Assembly (NCBI GenBank): GCA_049970055.1
Contig: JBMFNR010000006.1
Coordinates: 1-37,649 of the forward strand
Reading direction: 5' to 3'
From: Fervidobacterium sp.
Lineage (GTDB): Bacteria; Thermotogota; Thermotogae; Thermotogales; Fervidobacteriaceae
Length of the DNA: 37,649 bases
The notes beneath the pieces were generated by a model that was given only the letters and a program-made list of their open reading frames with translations, had not been told where the DNA came from and made no database searches. Position 1 is the first letter of the stretch. Every line of letters begins with the position of its first letter. Below are positions 27,775-37,649 of the stretch, in pieces. A program made the translations under genes and the position numbers.

Positions 27775-29142
27775 GTGACTATTTTGCTGAGAGACATACT
27801 AAAAATAGCGTTGCCTGTTTCTTTGGAAAATATTATAGCCAACACAGGGACGTTCGTTATTACCGTTTTCTTATCTCAGTTAGGTGAAGTGGCAGTAGCC
27901 ATAAACGGAGTAGCTAATCAGGGACTGTTTTTGGTTATGCTTTTTCTCTTTGGTCTTAACACAGGCGGAGCGATTTTTATTGCTCAATATTGGGGAAAAA
28001 AAGATATGGAAGGAATTCGTAAAACTACTAGTTTAATGATCGGATTTTCACTACTAATTTCCATTGCCTTTTTTGTTTTTACGTTTTTCTTCCCCAAAGT
28101 TTTTATTAAGATATTTTCAAGTGATGTCAAAGTAATTGAAAACGGTGTACTTTACCTGAGGATAATTTCAATTTCTTACTTTGGACTTGCCCTGGAAATG
28201 TCATTTAGGACGTTTTTAAGGGCAATTGAAAAAGCTACAATCCCCATGATGTCTTACCTTTACGGTACGCTATTTCAAACTATCTTTGCTTTCGTCTTAC
28301 TTAAAGGTGTGCTTGGTTTCCCGAAGCTTGGACTAACGGGCATTGCACTTACTCTAACGCTTTCAAGATTTTTTATTCCACTTTATCAGATCCTAAAGGC
28401 TGCAGTCTCAAAATTGCCATTCACGTTTTCCTTCAAGGATATTACGGCACAGTATCTAAAAAAATTCTTAGAAATTGCAACCCCAACGACGTTAAATGAA
28501 ATATTTTGGTCACTTGGCATGACAGCTTATGGGGTCATCTTTGGAAGAATGGGTACACAAGCGTATGCTGCGAGAAGTATATTATCCTCATTTGAAAATT
28601 ATGTTTGGACATTTACACTTGGCGTAGTCGTTGCGGCATCTGTTTTCGTTGGTAAGTTCATCGGCCAGATGGAGTATGAGAAGGCTTTGAATTTTGGCAA
28701 GAAAGTGCTATTTTGGAATGCCGCAATAGGCTTCATCTCATCAATTGTAGTTGTAATTATTTACTACCTCATTTCTCCAACATTTGAGGTTGAAGAATCA
28801 ACCAAATTGTTACTTACTTCAACGATGTGGGTAATGGCTATTGGTGCTCCCATCAAAGCTTTCAACGGTGCCGCAATTGTTGGTGTATTAAGATCTGGGG
28901 GAGATGCAAAATTTGCGTTTCTCCTTGAAACACTCACTCTATGGTGTCTTGGTGTGCCATTGGCATTTCTTGGTGCATTCATTTGGAAACAACCTTTACC
29001 AATCGTCTATTTACTAACTCTAAGCGATGAAATAGTGAAAGCAATTATCGCATACGTTAGGATCAACTCAAAAAAATGGATAAAAAACGTTACCATATCC
29101 GAAGAAATAATCGCACCAGTAGGTATTGATGGTGAGCATTAG
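27775..29142 (+). CDS. MATE family efflux transporter
   Basis: About 12 TM segments with IALPV, IAQYWGKKD, YLRII and GVLRSGGD. Confidence 0.9.
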   Translation: MTILLRDILKIALPVSLENIIANTGTFVITVFLSQLGEVAVAINGVANQGLFLVMLFLFGLNTGGAIFIAQYWGKKDMEGIRKTTSLMIGFSLLISIAFFVFTFFFPKVFIKIFSSDVKVIENGVLYLRIISISYFGLALEMSFRTFLRAIEKATIPMMSYLYGTLFQTIFAFVLLKGVLGFPKLGLTGIALTLTLSRFFIPLYQILKAAVSKLPFTFSFKDITAQYLKKFLEIATPTTLNEIFWSLGMTAYGVIFGRMGTQAYAARSILSSFENYVWTFTLGVVVAASVFVGKFIGQMEYEKALNFGKKVLFWNAAIGFISSIVVVIIYYLISPTFEVEESTKLLLTSTMWVMAIGAPIKAFNGAAIVGVLRSGGDAKFAFLLETLTLWCLGVPLAFLGAFIWKQPLPIVYLLTLSDEIVKAIIAYVRINSKKWIKNVTISEEIIAPVGIDGEH

Positions 29143-29188
29143 CAATTAACAGTGATATTTATTTTTGAAAATTAAGGAGAGATTAAGT

Positions 29189-30019
29189 ATGCATGTTTCT
29201 TCTGAGCTAGTTTTAAACTTTGTTTCAGAGAAACTTCTGGAACTGAATACTAAAGTGAAGTCAAGCGTTAAAGCATTATTTGATAGCTACGACGGACCAT
29301 TCAAAAGGGAAATTCTTGAGAACTTCAATATCGCGTATAATAAGCAACTGCCACTTTGTCAAGACACAGGTATCGTTGAGTTTTTCGTATGGAAAGGTTT
29401 TAGTGTAGTGCTGGATGAACCAATTGAAAGAACTCTTGAAAAGTCCGTAAATGAAGTGTACACAAAACACGGTTTTAGAAAGAGCATAGTTGGGGATCCA
29501 CTATTTGCAAGAAAGAACACAACGACAAACACTCCTTGTATCGTGCATGTATTTGAAGTAGAAAAACCAATCGTAGATATCTGGATAATGGTGAAAGGTG
29601 GAGGTAGTGAAAATTTATCGCAACTTTACATGTTTCAACCAACGGAAAGTTACGAGTTTATAATTCAGTCACTTGTTGAATATATCCATCAAAATGGACC
29701 TAATGCATGTCCACCGATAAGAGTTGGAATAGGTATTGGTGGAACTTCAGATAAAGCACTCCTTTTATCAAAAATTGCATTATTTGAGTACGATGCACAA
29801 ATGTATATGAAACATCTTATCAGATATGAAGAAGTTGAGAAACGTTTATATAATGAGTTCTCCAAACTAGAATTTGGGGTGCAGGCCATTGGATTTGGTG
29901 ATAGCGTGTATGATGTAAAAGTGTACGCTTTTCCAACGCACATTGCCACATTACCTGTTGCACTATCTGTTGACTGCTATTTATTAAGAACCACAAGAGT
30001 GGTGATTAATTATGGTTAA
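29189..30019 (+). CDS. Fe-S fumarate hydratase / L-tartrate dehydratase, alpha subunit
   Basis: PLCQDTG, KGGGSEN, NACPP..VGIGIGG and PTHIATLPVA...C. ATG at 29189 follows AAGGAG. Confidence 0.9.
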   Translation: MHVSSELVLNFVSEKLLELNTKVKSSVKALFDSYDGPFKREILENFNIAYNKQLPLCQDTGIVEFFVWKGFSVVLDEPIERTLEKSVNEVYTKHGFRKSIVGDPLFARKNTTTNTPCIVHVFEVEKPIVDIWIMVKGGGSENLSQLYMFQPTESYEFIIQSLVEYIHQNGPNACPPIRVGIGIGGTSDKALLLSKIALFEYDAQMYMKHLIRYEEVEKRLYNEFSKLEFGVQAIGFGDSVYDVKVYAFPTHIATLPVALSVDCYLLRTTRVVINYG

Positions 30020-30479
30020 TATTAAAAATGTTAAAAAAGGGGATGTTATATACTACACAGGTAAAATGATTGTCATGCGTGATGCAGCGCAAAAAAGATT
30101 AGTGGAATTGGAAGTTCAGGATCGTTCCTTACCTATTAATTTAAGTGGTGAAATTGTATTTTACGCAGGTCCCACGTTTGTTGGTGATAGAATAGTAATA
30201 GGTCCTACGACATCAAAGAGAATGGACAGGTTTCTTGAATTCCTTGGAAGTCATGGAGTCATTGCTACAGTAGGCAAAGGTGAAAGAACGCAAGAAGGAT
30301 TGAGAGTGATGAATAAATACAAGATGGTGTATTTCGTTACTCCAAGTGGTTGCGCAGCTTATCTTGGTGAAAAAATCTCACGCTGGAGTGTGCTAGCCTT
30401 TGATGACTTGGGACCTGAGGCAATCTACGAAATATACGTTGAAAATTTTCCACTGTTGGTGAGGAACATTCCAGAGTGA
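30012..30479 (+). CDS. Fe-S fumarate hydratase / L-tartrate dehydratase, beta subunit
   Basis: RDAAQKR, FYAGP, GPTTSKRMD, GKG and DLGPEAIY. Confidence 0.9.
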   Translation: MVNIKNVKKGDVIYYTGKMIVMRDAAQKRLVELEVQDRSLPINLSGEIVFYAGPTFVGDRIVIGPTTSKRMDRFLEFLGSHGVIATVGKGERTQEGLRVMNKYKMVYFVTPSGCAAYLGEKISRWSVLAFDDLGPEAIYEIYVENFPLLVRNIPE

Positions 30480-30512
30480 TTTATTTAGGATGAGTCAAGG
30501 TGAGGTGGAATT

Positions 30513-33500
30513 GTGGAAAAATCTGTTGCTGAGACAGTTCGGGAAAATCCAAATTGTAACTATTTTATATCCGCCTCAGCAGGGACAGGAAAAACATATA
30601 CACTTACGAGCTACTATATCGGTATCCTTGAATACTATGAAAAATATAATGATCCTGAGATTGTTGACAAAATACTGGCGGTGACTTTTACAAATAAAGC
30701 CGCAAACGAGATGAAAGAAAGGATAATGGAAAGCGTTGCTAAAAAGTTTAACACCTTTTCTCCATCACAAAGAGAGTACCATTACTGGAGACGTGTTTAT
30801 TCAAACATGTCACGTGCGCTCATATCGACGATCGACAGTTTCTGTAGACGAGTATTAGTTGAGCAAAATATCCAAGTGGGCGTTGATCCAAATTTTAAGA
30901 TTATAAACGAATTGAAACAAATGAAAATATTGGAGAATGCCTCAAGACAAGCTATCGAAATTGCATTTAAAGTGTACGAGGATATGGACGTAACACTTTC
31001 TTTTACGCTAGTTTCAGAGAGAAGAGAAAAAATAGAAAAATATATCGAAGAATTAAAGAAAAATAAAGAAAGTATCCTTCATTTATTTGAGAGCGTTGGA
31101 AACATTGAAAAGGTGGGAAAGTTTGTAGAAGAAATTGTGAGAAACTGGAGATTAGAACTGAGCCAATCAAGGGTGAATGAGTTACTTCTAAATGTTTTGG
31201 AAAAGGCAGGTTCATCTTTGCAAGTATTAAGACTTTTGAGCCTGATAGCTTCTGAACTATACGAATCCGAAACTGTAGATAACTTCGAATATGACTTTAA
31301 AGGTGTGCTTGAAAAAACGATTGCGGTGCTTCAAAATGATAATATCAGAAAGCATTACCAAGAAAGATTCAAATATATCATAGTTGACGAGTTCCAAGAT
31401 ACAAACGAGTTGCAACGCACTATATTCGAATTAATTCATACAAAGGATAACTACGTGTTCTACGTTGGCGATAGAAAACAGTCGATTTACAGATTCAGAG
31501 GTGCAGATGTTTCTGTATTTGTGAAAACAATGAATGATTTTGAAAAAAATCAAAAAGCGACTCCCGAGAGGTATAAAATACTGTCACTGCAAACTAATTA
31601 CAGGTCTCACGCTAAGTTAGTTAATTACTTCAATAAAATATCCAAAGATTCAATTTTCAATAATGTTCTTTACGAGAATTACTCGGTAAGCGAATCTTCG
31701 AAGAATAATATTTCGAACAAAGAAAACGTTATTTACACGCATGAAGTTTTCAAACTATGCTATCCCGAACTGTACGAAAAACTCTGGTTTTTGAAAGAGG
31801 ATACGTCGGAAGCTAATAATAAAGGTATAATTGGAGAGAGCATTCCAAAGCTCGATTTTATTAAAGAAAAGTGCAATGAAAGGATTCATTACCTACACAT
31901 TAGCGCTGAGGGTGAAAAGATAGATGTAGAAGATGAAGCATCGTTAGTTGCTTTAAGCATTAAGAACCTTGTTGGAAAAGAGTTGACATTTTTCGATAAA
32001 GATTCTGGTCAGTACATAACAAGGCAGGTCGATTACAAGGACATAGTCATATTAAGCTACAAATTACAAAACATTGAAGATGTATACAGAGAAGTTTTCA
32101 GTAAATATGGTATTCCATTGTACGTTGTTAAAGGCAGAGGTTTTTACAAACGCCCTGAAGTTCGTGCTATTCTCAGTGCCCTTTCTGTAATTCAAAACCC
32201 AAATAACGATTATCACTTTACAGAGTTCTTCTTCACGCCTTTTGTTGAATTGACAAACAAATCAATGAGCGAGCCAGCAAAACATTCAGAATCTTCAGCA
32301 GCTTTTGATAAATTCAAAATATTCCATAAAATTGTCATGAATGCAAAGTCTCCAGATAGGAAAGAATCAATCACGCTTTTTCAATCAGCAAAGGAATTGG
32401 TTGAAAAAAACATGCTTCCAAGTTACGTTGCCGAAATGATCAGACTTCTCCAAAAATACGACGAGTTAAAATATTTCCTTAAACCTGCGCAAATATTGAA
32501 AGGATTTGTGAATGAAAGCAATTATTTGACAAAAATTTCCAAGTTCGAAAACTCAAATCAAAGGTTGAAGAACGTTAAGAAATTGCTCGACCAAGCTGCA
32601 GAATTTAATCAACAGGCCTCTACTTTTCTTGAACTTACGAGAATGATATCGAAAATAAACGATCTCCAAGAAACAGAAGCTTCAGAACTTTCAGAAGAAG
32701 ACAATGTAGTTAAGATGATGACAATCCATGCCTCGAAAGGGCTTGAGTACAATATAGTCTTTTTGGTGAACAATGATTTTTCTGAAAAGGATGATGAAAG
32801 AGTATTTTTCCCCTCGGATAACAATGGTGGGAGGTACATTTACATCAAAAAATTCTTGGATAAGTACAACGACGAATTGAATAAGTTAGGTGATGACTAC
32901 AAGAAACTGAAGAAAGAACTTGAAGCAGAATTAATTTACGATGAGACTGAATTATTGAGAAAATTATACGTTGCAATAACTAGGGCAAAGGAAATGTTGT
33001 TTGTCGTAACTTACGATAAAAATAGCAGAGTTTCAAAAGAAAAATGTGCTAAAGATTACCTTATGCATCACGAATTTGAACCGGTTACTATAACGAAAAA
33101 ACAGTTGAAGGAACTATTAAATTTCGAGAATGTTGGAAATGAGAAAATTCAGCAACAACTTATAGATGAAGAAAAAATCAAAAAGCAGGTGGAAGATTAT
33201 TCACATCTGGGATATAAGAGCTATATTTCCCCAACTCTTCTATATAACATAGTGGATGAAAAGAGTGATAAAGAATTTATAGATGAAACATCTTCGGATT
33301 TTGAAGAGCAGATCTTTGCCTTTGAAAGTGAGGGATATGCTAGTTATGATAAAAAAAACAATGAAGGATCGGAAAGTTACATTAGGTTGCACAAGTTACT
33401 TGAAGTTTCTGATGAAATACTTGAAGGTAAGAAAATTCACAGAAAGTTGATGAGCATAGAACGATATGTGGACCTTGAAAATCTCGTGGAGCGAGGAGAA

Positions 33501-33890
33501 ATTCCATCGAATATTCTAAAAGCCAAGGTACTTAAAGAACTCTTCGAAAATAGCAAGGTGTTTTCCGAGTGGAGAATTGTTAAATCTGTTGAGGTGGACG
33601 GTAAAAAATATTCACTCTTTGGTGTACCGGATAAGGTTTTTTTCAAAGATGGTAAGATATATGTTGTTGATTTCAAATCTTCATATCTGAAAGAAGGAAC
33701 AGAAGAGTACAAAAAATACAGATTTCAGCTCCAGTTCTATATGTACCTTCTTCTAGATTTTGGCGATGTTGGCTGTGGTTATTTGATTAGTACAAAAACA
33801 GGATACGTTCTGAAGATTGAAAGACCGAATGGGAGTTTCTTTGGCGAAATTTCATCACTCATCAAGAAGTTCGAGGTGAGTCTAAAATGA
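30513..33890 (+). CDS. addA: UvrD-type helicase-nuclease, AddA-like
   Basis: ASAGTGKT, VTFTNKAANEM, STIDSFC, VDEFQDT, VGDRKQSIYRFRGAD, NYRS, MTIHASKGLEY and LYVAITRAKE, plus C-terminal GVPD...VDFKS...QLQFY nuclease motif. Confidence 0.88.
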   Translation: MEKSVAETVRENPNCNYFISASAGTGKTYTLTSYYIGILEYYEKYNDPEIVDKILAVTFTNKAANEMKERIMESVAKKFNTFSPSQREYHYWRRVYSNMSRALISTIDSFCRRVLVEQNIQVGVDPNFKIINELKQMKILENASRQAIEIAFKVYEDMDVTLSFTLVSERREKIEKYIEELKKNKESILHLFESVGNIEKVGKFVEEIVRNWRLELSQSRVNELLLNVLEKAGSSLQVLRLLSLIASELYESETVDNFEYDFKGVLEKTIAVLQNDNIRKHYQERFKYIIVDEFQDTNELQRTIFELIHTKDNYVFYVGDRKQSIYRFRGADVSVFVKTMNDFEKNQKATPERYKILSLQTNYRSHAKLVNYFNKISKDSIFNNVLYENYSVSESSKNNISNKENVIYTHEVFKLCYPELYEKLWFLKEDTSEANNKGIIGESIPKLDFIKEKCNERIHYLHISAEGEKIDVEDEASLVALSIKNLVGKELTFFDKDSGQYITRQVDYKDIVILSYKLQNIEDVYREVFSKYGIPLYVVKGRGFYKRPEVRAILSALSVIQNPNNDYHFTEFFFTPFVELTNKSMSEPAKHSESSAAFDKFKIFHKIVMNAKSPDRKESITLFQSAKELVEKNMLPSYVAEMIRLLQKYDELKYFLKPAQILKGFVNESNYLTKISKFENSNQRLKNVKKLLDQAAEFNQQASTFLELTRMISKINDLQETEASELSEEDNVVKMMTIHASKGLEYNIVFLVNNDFSEKDDERVFFPSDNNGGRYIYIKKFLDKYNDELNKLGDDYKKLKKELEAELIYDETELLRKLYVAITRAKEMLFVVTYDKNSRVSKEKCAKDYLMHHEFEPVTITKKQLKELLNFENVGNEKIQQQLIDEEKIKKQVEDYSHLGYKSYISPTLLYNIVDEKSDKEFIDETSSDFEEQIFAFESEGYASYDKKNNEGSESYIRLHKLLEVSDEILEGKKIHRKLMSIERYVDLENLVERGEIPSNILKAKVLKELFENSKVFSEWRIVKSVEVDGKKYSLFGVPDKVFFKDGKIYVVDFKSSYLKEGTEEYKKYRFQLQFYMYLLLDFGDVGCGYLISTKTGYVLKIERPNGSFFGEISSLIKKFEVSLK

Positions 33891-36800
33891 GTAAAATTGC
33901 TTATATTATGCCACTTAGTACGAACCACTTTGAACAGATCGCTGATAAAATCATTAATATGTACCTTTCTGATCCTTTGGATTTTCTTTTCATAGGTCCA
34001 ACAGGATTTTATGTAAGACAGGTAGCAGACATAATCGCTAGCAGAACGAAAAAAACAATTAACAGAGATGCGTTCTTGGTTATTAATCAATACGTGACAG
34101 AATTTCTTAAGAAAAATAATTACCAAACTGAGGTCTTTGATAGAGATTTTTACATAGTTTACATTTCAAAAATCATCGCCGAATTGTACGAGGAAGAGAA
34201 AAGAAGTGAACATCCAGACAGCGAAAAATTATTAATTTTGCGAACTTTAACGAAGTCCGATGCAATTGTTCAGTACATCGTTGAAATTTTTGAAAAACTT
34301 TGGGAAATAGAATTGTATGGTGACGGTAAATCACTATCTGGTCAATACGATGTGGTCAACCAATTAATGAATGATACATCAACATTTGCGCAAATTATTA
34401 AAGGTATACTCGACAAAATGAAGAATATTGTAAAACAGTTGCAATCGCGATATATGTACGACCCCATGAATGTGTATAAATGGTATGTGGATAACGCACA
34501 AGACATTGAAAAGCCGAGAAAACATCTTGTGATAAGTGGCTTTTTTGATTTGTCGATGATGGTAAAGAATGCAATTAAAAAACTGATCGAAAAATCGGAA
34601 AACGTTACATTTTTTGTTTGGCAAAAGATAGATGACAGTGCATTTAGTGAAATTGACGAAATCTATGAATTTTTAAACGAAAATGACTTTAAAATTGAAA
34701 CAGTTGATTGTGAGAAAACAGAAGTTTCACTTAATACCTTACTTGAGGGAAAAAACGTATCAAGGATAGATGTAGAAAACCAATATTCACAATACCAGTA
34801 TATTATAAAACAAGTTAAAAGTCTCTTAATGGAAGGTGTCAAACCAGATGATATCGGTGTTGTTGTGCCTAATTCAAATATAGCTAATTTGGTTATGGAA
34901 GAATTCGAAGAAGCCGGCATTCCGTACCGTTACAGTGGGAAAAATTCATTAATTGATAGCCAAATTGTTAAAATTCTTCTCCAGCCGCTTCTAACAGTAG
35001 AAAATGGATATAAGACGGAAGATCTACTTGCAATTATAGAATCACCGCTTATAGAGGAAAGAGATTTAACAATGGATGAGGTTGAGGACTTATTCAAAGA
35101 GTATAATTACTATTCGTTACACTTAAAACCTTCGGAAATGGAAAACAAAGAGGAGAGAAGAAAGGCATTTTTTGAGAATTTAGAAAGTGACATTGCAAAA
35201 CTAGAGAAAGAAAAGGAAGAATACATCATAGAGGAGGATATTTACCTCTCAAGCATCGAAAGATTGGAAAAATTAAGAAAATTTAAGGCAACTATGGAAA
35301 ATTTATTTACACTTTTAGACGAAATCCACGAAGCCTGGGGAAAAGCTGACTTTTTTACATGGTACAAAGGTTTCATAATACGGTCAATAGGTAAATTCAA
35401 GAAAGTGTTTGATGAATACGACAGGGTATCTACTGGTCAATCAAAGACGGTATCAAAAAGCATAGGTAAAGAGATAAATGCATTTGCCAAGTTTATTGAT
35501 GTTCTCAATAGATTGGAAATGTATATCGAAAAGGTTAAAGAAAGCAAACCGGGAAAAACGTCGAGTTGGAGTACACCGTTCAGGCTCTTTGTTATCTTAC
35601 TCAACGCCTCGGGTTATAGAGAAACTTTTAAGTCATCAAACGTTGTAGACATACTTGACATTTCAACTTCAAGGTTTGTAAGCAAAAAGTACAAATTTTT
35701 CTTGGAGTTTACTGACGATCACTATCCAACTATAGGTAAGATCAATCCTTTGCTTTACCGCATAACAAATCAAAGAAGCAAAATTTACGACTTACTTGAG
35801 GAAAGCGAAAAACGTGCATTTGTACTTTCCATAATTTTCACCGATCATGCTTTTTTGATATTTCCAACAGCTACAAGCACTGGTGATACGCTTGTTTCTT
35901 CCAAATATCTATCAGAATTTGCAAAAGATCAAACGTACTACGAAATTGAACCAAATGATATATTCAAGAAAGTAGATTACGATATATACAGACTTCAGTA
36001 CGGAGAAGGTCGAAAAGTGGAGTTGAAAGAAACAGATTTTGTAGTTGGCACCATAGGTATGTTAGAATTTAGCCACAGCAAAGTGACATCCTACCTTGCA
36101 TGTCCAATGCTATTTTATTATCAAAATGTAGTATCTATAAGAAAGCCATTGACTTATGTGGAGAATATGAAAATAGGAGAGGGACTTATTGTTCACAGGG
36201 TTTTGAGAAAATTTTTCGATGGCCCCATTGGATTTGAGGTTAAAGAAAATGCACTAAAAGATATAATTGTACAAGAGTACGATAATATTTTCACAGAAGG
36301 AATCTATCGTTACAAGGTTCCAAAGGAAATTAAAGTGAGAGAAATTCTCGGTCACATTTTACCATTAGTAAATGATTTTGTTCAATCCAGAAGAATCATC
36401 AATCTTGGAAATAAGTCCTTTAACCCCAAATCAAAAGATTTGGAAAGCAAGTCAAGAAGTTCAAAAAAGCCACCTCTCATATCAGAAAGCACAATCGGGT
36501 GTGAAAAAGAAACCAAGATAAACTTTAATGGTTTTGATTTAACGGTCAAAGTCGACAGGATAGAACGGCTTCAAAATAATTACCATCTGACCGAAGATAG
36601 AGATTTGCATATTGAGAAAAAAGATCAAGCATACGCACTCATAGACTACAAATACTCAACAAGTACGAAATACTCACAAATTGAACAGTTACTTCTGTAC
36701 GATTTTGTGTTAAGGGGAAGCGGATTTATAAAAGACAATGTTGAAACGTTCCAGATTTTCATGGGTGTTAAGGCTGGAAAAAACGGCAGTTATGATTACT

Positions 36801-37162
36801 CTTACTCAAAAAGGCAAATAGAAAACAACGAGCACTTTTACGTTGTGCCTGCAAAACAAAAGTTAGGCCAAGGTATAAATATGTATGTCAAATTTCCCGT
36901 CAAACATTATATAGATTGGCTAAGTGCTTTACTTAATGAAATATCGCATGAGGGTTCATTTGTTCCGGTATTTATAGATAATAACAGTAAATCCTTCGTT
37001 TCATTAATGATCAAAAATATACCAGATGATATTGAACTTCAAATACCAGAAGGCTCAAAAAAAGTTAAAATTTGTAGAAACAAAAACCAAAACCAAGATA
37101 AGTGTCCATACGAACAATTATGCGCACTTTACGAAATATACGGTGTAAAGCTTCTAAAGTGA
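33887..37162 (+). CDS. addB: PD-(D/E)XK nuclease subunit, AddB-like
   Basis: Overlaps addA by 4 nt. Degenerate helicase-like N-terminus (GVKPDDIGVV), SHSKVTSYLACP, G..VH.VL, VDRIE, IDYK, QLLLY and three C-terminal Cys. Confidence 0.8.
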   Translation: MSKIAYIMPLSTNHFEQIADKIINMYLSDPLDFLFIGPTGFYVRQVADIIASRTKKTINRDAFLVINQYVTEFLKKNNYQTEVFDRDFYIVYISKIIAELYEEEKRSEHPDSEKLLILRTLTKSDAIVQYIVEIFEKLWEIELYGDGKSLSGQYDVVNQLMNDTSTFAQIIKGILDKMKNIVKQLQSRYMYDPMNVYKWYVDNAQDIEKPRKHLVISGFFDLSMMVKNAIKKLIEKSENVTFFVWQKIDDSAFSEIDEIYEFLNENDFKIETVDCEKTEVSLNTLLEGKNVSRIDVENQYSQYQYIIKQVKSLLMEGVKPDDIGVVVPNSNIANLVMEEFEEAGIPYRYSGKNSLIDSQIVKILLQPLLTVENGYKTEDLLAIIESPLIEERDLTMDEVEDLFKEYNYYSLHLKPSEMENKEERRKAFFENLESDIAKLEKEKEEYIIEEDIYLSSIERLEKLRKFKATMENLFTLLDEIHEAWGKADFFTWYKGFIIRSIGKFKKVFDEYDRVSTGQSKTVSKSIGKEINAFAKFIDVLNRLEMYIEKVKESKPGKTSSWSTPFRLFVILLNASGYRETFKSSNVVDILDISTSRFVSKKYKFFLEFTDDHYPTIGKINPLLYRITNQRSKIYDLLEESEKRAFVLSIIFTDHAFLIFPTATSTGDTLVSSKYLSEFAKDQTYYEIEPNDIFKKVDYDIYRLQYGEGRKVELKETDFVVGTIGMLEFSHSKVTSYLACPMLFYYQNVVSIRKPLTYVENMKIGEGLIVHRVLRKFFDGPIGFEVKENALKDIIVQEYDNIFTEGIYRYKVPKEIKVREILGHILPLVNDFVQSRRIINLGNKSFNPKSKDLESKSRSSKKPPLISESTIGCEKETKINFNGFDLTVKVDRIERLQNNYHLTEDRDLHIEKKDQAYALIDYKYSTSTKYSQIEQLLLYDFVLRGSGFIKDNVETFQIFMGVKAGKNGSYDYSYSKRQIENNEHFYVVPAKQKLGQGINMYVKFPVKHYIDWLSALLNEISHEGSFVPVFIDNNSKSFVSLMIKNIPDDIELQIPEGSKKVKICRNKNQNQDKCPYEQLCALYEIYGVKLLK

Positions 37163-37174
37163 TTTAATAATCTA

Positions 37175-37213
37175 AAAGAAAAACTCCTCTGAACAACTTC
37201 GTTCAGAGGAGTT
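37175..37213. terminator. Intrinsic terminator (U tract on the minus strand)
   Basis: 13-bp stem AACTCCTCTGAAC-AACTTC-GTTCAGAGGAGTT preceded by an A-rich tract. Confidence 0.8.
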
Positions 37214-37313
37214 AAAACTTTATACAGAATTACCGACGCTGTCTTTAGACGATTATGTTGATACGATACTAAGATTAGTTTTTAGGTCAGTATATGATTT
37301 TATACGTTCCTCC

Positions 37314-37402
37314 TAGATAGCATTATCTAATCTTTTATCAGTAGATTCTTCCTAATTAAATTACTTTCTCAATTTTACCAAATAAGATAGTGCTATCTAA
37401 TC
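37314..37402. repeat. Pair of related palindromes 70 bp apart
   Basis: TAGATA-GCAT-TATCTA (37314-37329) and AGATAG-TG-CTATCT (37385-37398); both end in TATCTAATC. Confidence 0.6.
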
Positions 37403-37432
37403 AATTAGTTTTTGCTACTCGCAGTTATACTA

Positions 37433-37648
37433 CTAATTTAATTCCTTGTCATTAGATACCTTGTAAAGCCCATTGTAAGTTTTATCTCTTTTAGTTATTA
37501 TAGTTCCATCTACACGGTTACCTAAATTCTCAAGGCAAATAAATTCGTCTACGTATTCAAGTATTAAGCTGCTGTGTGTAGCTATTAAACATAATCTGTT
37601 ATTATCTTTTACCCATTCTCTTAATTCCTTAAGTATATTGCATAAAGA
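37433..37648 (-). CDS. C-terminal end of an ABC-type ATPase (gene starts beyond the window)
   Basis: Manual translation gives SLCNILKELREWVKDNNRLCLIATHSSLILEYVDEFICLE...KELN*, containing the H-loop motif hhhATHS. Not in the ORF track because the start is outside the window. Confidence 0.7.
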   Translation of the reverse strand, partial: SLCNILKELREWVKDNNRLCLIATHSSLILEYVDEFICLENLGNRVDGTIITKRDKTYNGLYKVSNDKELN

Positions 37649-37649
37649 T

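Noticed and set aside
30490..30684. 64-aa alternative-frame ORF overlapping the addA start
   Set aside because: Lies almost entirely within addA, which has its own GAGGTG RBS and Walker A in the main frame.
25711..37162. Three RecB/PD-(D/E)XK-related genes plus a helicase as a possible defence island
   Set aside because: AddAB-like and TM0106-like genes are ordinary housekeeping-type genes, interspersed with MATE and fumarase genes and showing host-like composition.

Overview
AT-rich bacterial chromosomal window. Gene content and protein styles suggest a Thermotogota anaerobe, probably Fervidobacterium/Thermosipho-like (inference, not a database result). Left to right: (1) a C-terminally truncated, A-rich primase/helicase (DUF927-like) gene from an integrated element, followed by a small DUF3783-like gene; (2) a 7-gene lipid-tailoring-like operon with a CruC/CrtQ-like GT2, a PlsY-like acyltransferase, a Rieske oxygenase, an NTF2/SnoaL protein, an SDR and two phytoene-desaturase-family flavoproteins, the second split by a 1-nt insertion in a T7 run; (3) a YtrA-type GntR/ABC operon in which all four genes are frameshifted but a perfect operator-like palindrome remains; (4) an 880-aa exported HEXXH protein, a nitroreductase and a DUF4438-like gene; (5) an 8-gene operon with a KAS III homologue lacking the His/Asn decarboxylation residues, a double-TetR regulator, a CoA-transferase and a Liv-type ABC importer whose LivM permease is fused to an alpha/beta-hydrolase; (6) a TM0106-like nuclease, an SDR, a MATE transporter, two-subunit Fe-S fumarate/tartrate hydratase genes and addA/addB-like genes; (7) the 3' end of a minus-strand ABC ATPase gene preceded on the + strand by twin palindromes. 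No rRNA, tRNA or CRISPR array was seen. The best candidates for undescribed systems are operons (5) and (2). Family assignments come from motif recognition only.
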